In this document: positions 24,801 to 35,243 of the stretch, one piece after another | Layout of the letters: each line of letters starts with the position of its first letter | Position numbering within the stretch: the stretch's first letter is position 1 | Origin: Eremomyces bilateralis CBS 781.70 | Lineage: Eukaryota | Length of the DNA stretch: 64,000 nt | Direction: 5' to 3' (one strand) | Assembly (NCBI GenBank): GCA_010015585.1 | Contig: ML975150.1 | Program-made: the position numbers and the translations under genes | The notes under the pieces: generated by a model | Told to the model about the DNA's origin: nothing | The model's database searches: none | What the model saw: the letters and a program-made list of their open reading frames with translations, nothing else

Positions 24801-25677
24801 CGCCCACGGTGCTGCGTGAGCTTTCGCGCCCGCGAGAGTTGTGGAGAGTCGACAATTCTTGCGTTCAGTTGCCATCCCGTACCTCGTTTACATCGAGTGT
24901 CGACTGGATTCCTTCGCGAGCATCCGTCCGGTCCAATTCGATTCCAGAGTCCTAAAGCGATCGACCAGTCCTTACCATCATTTATTCTCCATTCACGACG
25001 AATTGATTAATCCGCTGGAGCAACGGTCAATTTGCTGAAGAATTAATACCCCTTCGGGTCAATATTGCTTCGTGGTCATTGTCGTTGAACGTTTTAATCG
25101 TACATCTAAACTTTTCCATGTTGGCGCTCTGAACGGTAGAGTACCACTCTTTCACTCAATTTACTCTCACTATCGCATCCAAACAAGATCAGGGTTCACC
25201 ACTCCAGAACAACGATGGCTTTTCTCTACAACCAGATATCGTATTGCGATTGACTTTACCCTGCTCTCAAATATATCAGCGCGAATATACGACCATGCGG
25301 CTAACTTGTTGCGCTTCCAGCTGACGTCCGATTTCTCCTTGCCAGTCTGCAGTCTGGCGTCCGTTCGTTTGGATCATTAGTGGCATGTTCATATGCTGTT
25401 GATACCATAGATCCTGTCCATTCTTTTTTGCTTCGCGCAAACGTCCTCTCGTTCGATTGATCCGCGTGCCGGTCGACTTCCACGCTTCCCATTTCTCCAA
25501 CGCTCAACGAGTAGCTTGGCATATACACTCGTTTCCCTTCTCCTATTTCCGACGAGGTCGGCGATTCTCTATAAACCTGTCTTCCGGACTGTAATCGAAG
25601 AGCTGTGCTTCTCTTGCAGCTCAACATCTACCTTCTTCTGTCGAGGTGCCTAGGCCCCTTGATTTCATCGCAGGAGG

Positions 25678-27479
25678 ATGCATCGCTCTTCAAAACGACA
25701 GAGACTGTCGCGCAATGGATCATATCGACGACTAGCCGATCTCTCTCGAAGGGAGCTCGAATCCGACCCTGACGAAGATATGAAGCCGCGCGACCTCTCC
25801 CCCCCTGGGTTATGGGATGACGATTCGAATCATCTCGACCCACGCCAGGAGATTGAGGTGCTCGCCGATGTTATTGTCGTGAATACGGTGCTGGTTTCTG
25901 TCGATGTCAACGCTGCGGGCGAAACCACTGCCATCACGACAATCGCTTCAGTCCCCTCGGTACCTGAAGTACCTGATGTGCCTCCGTTTCCTAGCGACCT
26001 GACGGTCCCAGAAGTTCCACCATACCCGTTTCCTGCATCCGATATCACCTCATCGTCTTTCCCCGAGGCAACTCCGTCCGCTGATGTCACTCCAGCTGTG
26101 TCAGATCCTGAGGTGCCCCTGACAACACCACCAGCAACATCCGTTTCCGAATTCCCCATCTCTTCTTCTTCTTCTTCCTCTTCTTCTTCGTCATCATCCA
26201 GCATTCCCAGCACGGACTCTCTAAGCTCCTCTATACCTGAACCCTCATCGTCCCCTTCCCCGATCGTATCGCCGACGGCGAATTCGACCGTTACCAGTAA
26301 GATACTTGCACATGTAGGCCTTTGTCAAGTCTAACATTTCACGTAGCATCTTCGTCCAGTAGTCTCTCAAACATCTTCCTCATAAACCTTAACCGAACCT
26401 CATCTTCATCTTCGGGTCACTCGATGACCACCGCATCCTCCGCTTTTGAATCATTGAGCTCTTTCATTTCGCTGTCCGATTTTGCAACCGAAACCGGGAC
26501 AGCGGTTGTCCCTGGGATTGGTCCAGGGGCAACCGACACGGCCGGAGGGGCTGGTTCATCGGGTACTGGGGAAGACGGTGCTGGGTCAGGAGACGGTGAT
26601 AATAAACCTGTGTCCACTCCGGTGGTGGTTGGAGGGGTAGTCGGCGGCCTGGCAGGAATTACATTGCTTCTGGTCGTCGCACTACTCTTGCTCCGATGGT
26701 ATAAAAGAAAGAGTAATGGTCTCCCGCTCCCTGACACCGACACCCGCGATGCCTCCAACCCATCCCGCCGTAGTGGCATGCACACCATTATTCCCGCGAC
26801 CCTTCGACGCCTCTCCGGGCCCCACCATGGGATTACGGCCGCCGCCGCCGACGAGAAAGGCTTCCAAAAAGTCAGCGGGCGTAAGCTACCCTCCGCATTC
26901 GCCACTCCTGGTCAAGAGCCTCAACTTCCCAACATCCAAGACATGGGCGCGGCAGGCCTAACCATCGGCGCATCCGGCGCCGCGATCCGCGATTGGGAAA
27001 AGAAAGATATGGGCATCCCGTCCTCATCGGCCAGCCTCGCCCCGGCCTTACGTCCGCACGACAGCACCATGACCTCCAGCTCCTACTACCCCGGCGACCG
27101 CGACAGCCGAGCCACCTACTCCTCCCTCCCCAGCGGTGCCGGCATCCTCGCGCCCGCGCCCCTCGCCCTGGCCCCCGCGCTGCCGCGCGACTCCACCATG
27201 ACCACCGGCACGGCGCCTGTGAGCCGGGACTCGGTCCCCGGGACCCTGATGCCATCGCCCGCGCGTACGCCCACGGTACACCATTCGCCGGGCGGGCCGG
27301 GGACGTTCCCGTTCTTGCCGCCCCCGTCGCCGCCTGTGCCAAGGGAGGCGTCGCGGACGGGGACGGCGAGTAGTGCGGGGTCGGTGGGGGTAAGGCAGGA
27401 GGATAGTCGGGGCACGTTGGGGCGGAGCTTTGCTAGCCATGATGGGAGTCGGGGGAGTCGGTTTACGGAGGAAGTCTGA
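25678..27479 (+). CDS. Mid2/Wsc-like single-pass membrane protein (Ser/Thr-rich ectodomain, Pro-rich tail); intron 26297-26346
   Basis: Ser runs, TM VVVGGVVGGLAGITLLLVVALLLL followed by RWYKRK; GFQKVSGRKLPS; C-terminal DGSRGSRFTEEV. GTAAGA...CTAAC...TAG joins the two ORFs in frame. Confidence 0.85.
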
Positions 27480-28670
27480 TGGCCGTCTAGGGCACCGAAT
27501 TGGGCTATATTACCATCGTAGCGAATCGCGCATCCGAATTGGTTTTCTCAGTCTGCAGCGGCGAATTAGGAGCGGCGCGCACTTTAATGTCTACTGTCGG
27601 CAATCTATCCTCTACTGTTCAGCTCGTTGGCATCTGCGGAGTTTCTAGCCGGCATTTACCTACTTGTATTGAATTCGGAAGAAGTTATAGTGTGGCTTGA
27701 CTATGTGGAGGGAGGGAAGAACATTATGCGTATAGAACGCGAAAAAGAAGCATTGGTGGCTTGAGGGTAGCGAGAAGATGCATGTAGTGTCGACGAAGTG
27801 TATTTTGAAGTCGCTTGTAAATATTTGGATATTAAGACGATTTGTCTATGATCACCCATGCATTATGGCAGGTGCGTTTCTAACCCACTTCAAGCGATCT
27901 TTGGAAAGCTTCCGTCTTTCCGGTAGTTGGTCGTAGTAAAATACCTACCCATATACATGAACGACCTTCTTAGTCCCCCCTTCTCCGTGGAGTTGTGCCT
28001 TCAGTCTATCTCCTACACATCCTTTGAGACTAGATGATACCTCCGGACTCTTCGACTTAGCTATCCCATCTGCGAGTGCAGTATTTATGGCGAGAACGAT
28101 TTTCGTGGGGAAGGGGGCATATTGTCCTTAATGAGTGATACCTAGCAATGATCCCATTCGTCAGAGTCCCCAAACTGGCCCCACACGATCCAAGTTGAAT
28201 CACTTTGGTCATTCAACACTGTCTCGGTGCGAGCAGGACTTGTACGGCGGCGCTGTTCTGTTGTGTTCGGACTGTATTCGGACTGTATTCGGACTAAGAA
28301 AGTCTGGATCTCGTGGATGAGTCCTGGGGAGTGTAACACTGAGTTCACTGATTTGACGGAAGGAGAAGGCACGGCATCATTGTGCGGTACTGTGCGGCAG
28401 GAGTGATGAATTGGACTACATACAAACATCAGATCGGATCATGGGAATGTCTGGCAAGCGACATGAGAATAATACGAGAGAAGAGTAGTGGAAAAGGATG
28501 ATTGATATTTACTCCCCTGTATTACGTATGGTTCTTGCCACACGACAACACAACGACTAAGATACAGTTTTAGGCCACTTCAGCGGCATGTACGATTGAA
28601 ATACTCCTCACCACATTTTCATTGTTCGAGCACCCGTGTCCGCGGTACCGGTGATGTCCAAGATTGTAGT

Positions 28671-30770
28671 CTAGCCGTGGCTGTGCCCCCCCGCACCTGC
28701 GGAATGTCCATCGGAGCTTCCTGAAGCACCGGTCTCAGCGCCAGTGGATGAGCCAGTCTCAGCGCCAGTGGATGAGCCGGTCTCAGCGCCGGTGGACGAG
28801 CCAGTCTCAGTGCCGGTGGATGAGCCAGTCTCTGCGCCAGTGGATGAGCCGGTCTCAGCGCCAGTGGATGAGCCAGTCTCAGTACCGGTGGATGAGCCAG
28901 TCTCTGCGCCAGTCTCTGAGCCGGTGGCTGAACCGGTGCTGTTGGACGAGCTGCCTGAGCTTTCTCCACCAGTGGCACCGCCAGCGCCGCCCAAAAGGCC
29001 TGAGAGTCCGCTGCCACCTTCGGCACCGCCAGCGCCGCCAGCGCCACCGAGAAGTCCGGAGAGTCCGCTACCGCCCGAGGCACCACCAGCGCCGCTGAGA
29101 AGTCCGGAGAGTCCGCTACCGCCCGAGGCACCACCAGCGCCGCTGAGAAGTCCCGAGAGTCCGCTACCGCCCGAGGCACCACCAGCGCCGCTGAGGAGTC
29201 CCGAGAGTCCGCTGCCGCCCGAAGATCCACCAGCGCCGCCAAGAAGTCCTGAGAGTCCGCCTGATCCACCCAAACCGGAGCCGGAGCTGCCGCCCAAGCC
29301 ACCGCCCAAACTAGAGCCAGTGGAGGAGTCGGTAGAGGAAGAGCCGCTGGATTCGGCACCGGTGGAAGAGCCGGCGCCGGTGGAAGAGTCGGCGCCGGTG
29401 GAAGAGCCGCTGGAATCGGCGCCCGACGATGGAGCAAGGCCGCCAGAGGAGCCACCGCTAAGTCCGCCAAGTCCGCCACCTGATCCTCCAAGGCCACCCA
29501 GAAGGCTGCTGAGACCGCCACCTGATCCTCCGAGGCCACCTGATGATCCTCCAAGGCCACCACCAGACATAAGGCCGCTGAGGCCGCCACCTGATCCGCC
29601 AAGGCCAGACAGAAGGTCGCTGATGCCTGCTTGGGGATTAGACTAATAATGAGAGACAAGAGTTCGGAGGGTTTACTTACCACCACCACTACCGCCACCG
29701 AGTCCGCCTAGGAGTCCGCTTAGACCTACTTAGGATTAGTCTTATGCCCAATGTAGAAGCGCTCGGTTTGTCTTACCGCTCCCACCGCTCTCACCACCAC
29801 CAAGTCCGTCGAGGAGTCCACTAAGTTGACGCTTAGCAATCGGGTTGGCCTCAGCAACCATGCGAGCAATCAGCTCAGCAACGGCAGCTTCATCGCGAGC
29901 ACGATGGGAGTGGCTGTGTCCATCTGAGGCCGCGCCGCTCTCTTCAGTAGCAGAGGGGTCGGCGGCCGGCTCGACGGTGGTCTCGCTAGATGCGCCACCG
30001 GATTCGCTGGCGCTACCGGATTCTCCGCCAGCACCGCCGGCACCGCCTAGCAATCCGGCAAGACCAGAGCTGCCGGATTCGGCACCCCCAGCACCACCGG
30101 CACCGCCGAGAAGGCCGGCAAGGCCAGAGCTGCCGGATTCGGCACCCCCAGCACCACCGGCACCGCCGAGAAGGCCAGCGAGCCCAGAGCCACCGGCTTC
30201 CTCGCCGCCAGCACCACCAGCACCGCCAGCACCACCAGCACCGCTGAGGAGGCCCCCAAGACCACCCGCGCCACCTTTACCCTTGCCCAAAAGCGAACCG
30301 AGATCAGGTATTCCGGTAGGGCTAGCACCACCCTTTCCTTTGCCGAAAATTGCACCAAGGTCGGGGATTCCGCCGGTCGGGCTAGCACCGCCCTTGCCTT
30401 TGCCGAAGATCGCACCAAGGTCGGGGATCCCGGTGGAACCAGCGCCGCCTTTGCCTTTGCCTTTGCCGAAAATTGCACCAAGGTCGGGGATTCCGCCGGC
30501 ACCGCCAGCACCTCCGGGAGAGGTTGGGCTTCCGCCGGGAGAGTCGGCACAGTCGCCACCGTCGCTACCGCCATGATCGTGGCCCTTCCCTTTGCCGCCC
30601 TTGCCCTTGCCCAAGAGTCCGGCTAATCCACCCAGGCCACCGGCGCCGCCAGCGCCGCCGGCGCCGCCGGGAGAAGGAATTCCAGAAGGAGCGGTTTGAG
30701 GCTGAGCAAGCGGTGCGCCCTCGGCAACAGCCGCGGCTAGCACGGTAACGAGAAGAAGAAAGTTAGTCAT
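28671..30770 (-). CDS. Secreted Gly-rich repeat protein, 664 aa; exons 30770-29777, 29725-29681, 29626-28671
   Basis: Signal-peptide-like MTNFLLLVTVLAAAVAEG. Two introns (GTAAGA..CTAAT..TAG, 51 nt; GTAAGT..CTAAT..CAG, 54 nt) give a continuous 1995-nt frame. Confidence 0.9.
28722..28912 (-). repeat. 24-bp coding minisatellite, G(A/T)ETGSST x7 plus one variant
   Basis: Tandem gcgccagtggatgagccagtctca-like units on the + strand. Confidence 0.95.
29040..29260 (-). repeat. 48-bp coding repeats, GGSGLSGLLSGAGGAS-like units
   Basis: agtccSgagagtccgctaccgcccgaggcaccaccagcgccgctgaga repeated in tandem. Confidence 0.92.
30030..30495 (-). repeat. 60-bp repeats (GLAGLLGGAGGAGGAESGSS) and four GIPDLG(AIF/SLL)GKGKG units
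   Basis: Near-identical 60-nt blocks at 30064-30123 and 30124-30180; four GIPDLG units in the translation. Confidence 0.92.
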
Positions 30771-33399
30771 GATGGCAGACTCGCGCCAGTGACAGAAACA
30801 GAAGTAAAGAATGAAAGGTATGCAGAATGAAAGACAACCGGTGACTGAGGAGTGACCGGGGTGGAAGGAAGGGGATGTTGTCGTTGTAGAACCGGTTTTG
30901 GGGCGTCTGGTGCGGCCGTACTTATAGAAGCAAGAGGAGGTATCTCATGGGTGTCTCCATTCTACATCATCATCGGGAATTAATTGATCAAGCGGGGAAG
31001 TGATGGTGATGCGCGAACGAAGCAATCTTTCTCTCACTGGACACCATGGTTAGAACCTTGAGGGTGGCTACCTTGCGCTTCGCGTGTAAACAACCAGCGG
31101 TCCAACCATCGCAAGGACCATAGAACGATACACATTCTCAATGGGAAACATAGGGGTCTCCTAGTCAGTCAGCTGGATGTCCTAGGATTCAAAGGGGCAC
31201 GGCAGGTATGCGCCGAAAGTTAAGCCTTGTATCATGCCTTGTCAAATCGAGGCGACTTCATTTGACTCTTGCATCAGCCGGGAAACGCCCAGACCAGATT
31301 CTCCTGGGCGGGAAGTCCAAATGATGTGCTTGCTCATGTTGATGTTGTGTCCATCGAACGTCCAGTTCTTCGCTGAGTGATTTTGTCGTCAATAATCCAG
31401 GCAGGGGTCCTGTGAAACCGACGATCCCCCAGATATATAGGCAGACCCCACAATTATTCCACTTGCAGTCGCCATACTCGACAAACAGCAGAAGCAATGC
31501 AAGAAATAGATGACTTGGACAATGGGTACCTAGAAGAATAGATCATAAGCTATATGCTAGTTGATCGAATTCCTGGTTGGGCGTCCGAGGCGCTTACAAG
31601 CTTCGGAAAAATTGAGTGACCTCCCCAGAGATATGAATAGTGATGCAAGTTGTCATTACGTCTTCCACATTTCCAAGAGATAGTTGATTCATGGCGTTTC
31701 ATGTACACATCGGCCTGTGGACATTATATTTTCCGTGGTTGGACATCTTTCCAGAATTGAGACGATCTACATAATACAATATCGTTCGTAAACTTCCTCG
31801 TCGTTATTCGGATGCTCCGTCGCCTTTTGGGTTGCGAGTTGCGAGTTGGAAGCCGCTAGCCCGCACATATCGGAGGGAGTGTTCGAGGAAGTATTCTGTA
31901 GTGCAGTAATGCAAAGTCAAGTGCAAGAGTGAGGGTTGAAAGTTTGAAATACAAATGAATTTGAAACGTCATGCTGCTGTTTAACTCCTGAACGTGGGAT
32001 ACAGAGACACTAAACCCGTTTGGCTATGAACTAAGCCAGCTCAGGTTAGACCCATGGCCATCCAACATCCTCTCGGTCTCACCACAAAATAGACTCTCCA
32101 GCCTTGACCTTTAACTTCCTTAATTCCTATGCATTACTACGCCATCTCGCAAATGCATAACCAAAGTGCTAAGGAGGTATCTTTAGGAACCTCATGCACG
32201 GAGAGAGGTATCCTCGATGATCAGGAGAAACCCATGGTCCCGAACACGAACAGTTTCTTTCGTTCCCGTTTCATCCTTCGCAGAACTACGTATCGAAGTA
32301 CACAGGGCATCAGCGAATATGATTTTGAGGTCGGCATGGTATCACGGCAATTCGATGCTGTCCGTGTCGTGCGATGGCCCATTGTGCAATCAAGAAAATA
32401 CGGTCTACACACGGGTATAGGATTGACGCAATATTATGCCTACTCCCGCGCAACCTAGACGTGCACGCTTTACAGAGATTCAGACAACTCGGTCTAGTCG
32501 TGAATCTATTAGGGCTCTGCGTCGTTCTTATTGGCGAAAGGCGAACATGTCGTGATCCCCACCACTAGGGTCGAACATCAACCCTCTAGCTGACGCAATG
32601 CACTATAACATCGCCACCAAGAGTTCGCTGTTTACAGCTCTAGTCGGCTAGGTCTTCGCCTCATCGGATACTCCGGGCCTCTCGGTCTGGTAGGACCGGT
32701 TTGAAAGGACCGGTTTGAAAGGGGGTTGAGATGCATCCCGATGGCACCATTTTCATATGCAAATCCCGATGTCATACTTGTCTTTGAGGTAGATACGAAT
32801 TTGCCAGCCATCGATCGATGAGGGCTATTTTACCCCGCCTTGGCTGTTGGAGAATTGAGGCATTGGGTTATCCAGTGATCCTGAATGGTTCCAACGGAGT
32901 AGTGAGTGAACTGACACACAGTTTGTCGATAAACAGACATCTTCTACTGCTGGATGCCCCAGAGCACTGCCGTTTGGGTACATCTACTCCTCTCCAAGTT
33001 GATCTAGCGTTCTCTTGCTATTCGGATCAGATGCGGCATTCGAGGTGGGGAAGTCAGGCACAATGGTGATTTGTTCTGCTCTATAGAATCAGGAGAACTG
33101 ATTCCGGACTTCTCCCATCAATGCAGATATAGATCCCGTTGCAAATGTGTCGGTAGCATATGTGACTGAAAGCAGTGAAGGATCCACTGCTCTCTTCTTC
33201 ATATTGACCATGATGCTGGATCCGAGCGGAGCCAATAACATCTCCACCAACGTGGGGAATCCATAAACCCGAAATTGTGCAAGCCCTACGGCTCAAAACC
33301 GAGGCAGCATCCCTAGACTCCAACGCTATGCATGATACTGAACCGCATTCAAGATTTCGTCGTAGCATCATGGGACAACCTCTGGGGAAATCAAGGCCA

Positions 33400-34842
33400 T
33401 CAATCGTAGCCTATCGCGATCTTCGCCCTCTTGTTCCCCTCCTTCCCCTTCTTTCTCGGAGGGACCCACTCTTCCCCTCCAAGACCATCCGCTACACGTT
33501 GTTCGTCCTCATTATCCTCATCCTTCAGGCCCAGCCACTTCTCGAAGTACACACACGTCTCCGGGCTGACCAAACCGCCGCTGACGCACATTTCGAAAAC
33601 GGGACACCGACCGCATGGAGCTTCCGTGTACCCACTGCCGAGTGCATCAACTCGATAAGCCGAGCCATGTGGTCCCGGGCGCAATAACGGACGGGTGGTT
33701 CGGTAGCCGATTGTCGGACGGCTTCTGCGAACCGATTTGACGGCCATCTCCTCGAGGTCTTCATCGGGATCGGCTTGACGGCGACGTTTTGATATTCCTG
33801 GATTGGATAAGCCGGCGGTATCAGCGCTAATCGAGGAGCCTGCCCGGCTGGTATTCATGGAGCCAGCCGCAAATGTTCGGGCAGGAATTTTCATGATCTC
33901 AAGTTGCCCATCGTAGACCAGCGCATCGAGCAGTTGTTGGATACCCTCTTCGGACAAGACAAGGTCCGCAGTGAAGACCCCTGATTCCCTGACTGCCTTG
34001 AGGATCTCCGGAATCGTAGGATACCCCGCGTAGCCATGCGGATGGGGGACGCAGAAGCCGGTAGGCCTCGAATTGCCTTTGCGGAAAGGAACGGGGACGT
34101 AATGCCCAGTATCTTCCATTTCAAAATCTGCCGAGTTGCTGTCCGCCTCTACATCGTTGCGTGTACGCTTGCCCGGTGGCTTCTTGACCGCGGGAGCCGC
34201 TTTTTCGGCCGGTGATGGCACTTTCTCTGCCCAACTCTTCGCGCTCACGAAGTACAGGAGGATTTGGCTCATGGTGTCGATGAGGGACACGTCCATTTCG
34301 CCATCCGTGTAAAACCTACCACCAGTATTCTCTTCCGAAGGCTCAAGATCGAAGAGGATGTAGTTTTTCCGCATAGGAGTCTTTGCGGACTTCATTTCTT
34401 TGATGAGCGAGCCATTTTCGAGGGCCTTCAATGCCTTGTTCATGGCCATTTGGTGTAGGTTCGTCTTGGACTTGATCGTTTTGGCCCAGATCCCATTCCT
34501 CCCCGCTGCTTCAATGCACTCGTAGACCATGCGGTCGCTGTCGGCGAGAAGGACAAGCCTAATGAAAGGGGTGGTCAGCATAGGCTACATGAGGCGTGAA
34601 TCTTGGAAGACCGACTTGCGTGCCTCCCTCTCTCCTCTCGATCTCCAGCATGGTCGGCCTTCGGATGTATATATTCGAAATCGTTGGGTTCTCGTAAGCT
34701 CCGAGCAAAGCTTCTGAAGGGCTTCGACATTGGTGGTGAGGCCAAGGCCCAAAAGATCATCCTGATAAAAGTAATGGCCTGGTTCTTCGGCTTCCATACA
34801 GGCATCGTAAAGCGCGCCCGCCGCTGCGGATGGTTCTCCCAT
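33400..34842 (-). CDS. RPC34: RNA polymerase III subunit C34/RPC6; intron 34559-34615
   Basis: VYECIEAAGRNGIWAKTIKSKTNLH, LEPSEENTGGRFYTDGEMD, LVYDG, and the C-terminal Cys cluster PCGRCPVFEMC...SPETCVYF. Confidence 0.95.
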
Positions 34843-35243
34843 GGCGATCGATGGTGGGGTGGAAGTGTTTGCTACCTGTCGATCATTTGGATGGGAATGG
34901 GACGTCTAGAAAAGCGATTAATAGCGAGGCAGTCCTGGAATAGTGGCGAATCGGCCGAAGAAATAGGAACAGTCTCATAAGTGATCGGTGGTTGCGCGAA
35001 AAGGAATTTTGCGTGGGAGGAAATGCGTGAAAGGGTTGCGGAGGTGGTGGAAGTGAAAGTCGGAGCTTAAACCGCCGAATTTTTAGATTGACGATGTGAC
35101 TGATATTATTATGATCACTCTCTTTCGACTCATCGCTTCTCGCAGGATTCTTGCACACCACGGCACATCCACCACAATTCTCTTCTACTCCTTCAATCAC
35201 CTTTTAATTCGGCTTCATTGGAAGATAGAGAGATTTTCCAACC

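Noticed and set aside
28619..30748. Long Pro-rich + strand ORFs (28744-29646, 29845-30576) and the Ala-rich alternate frame 28619-29698
   Set aside because: Shadows of Gly/Ser/Ala codon repeats. The - strand Gly frame has the signal peptide and splice signals.
32692..32719. 14-bp tandem aggaccggtttgaa x2
   Set aside because: Isolated slippage-type duplication with no associated structure.
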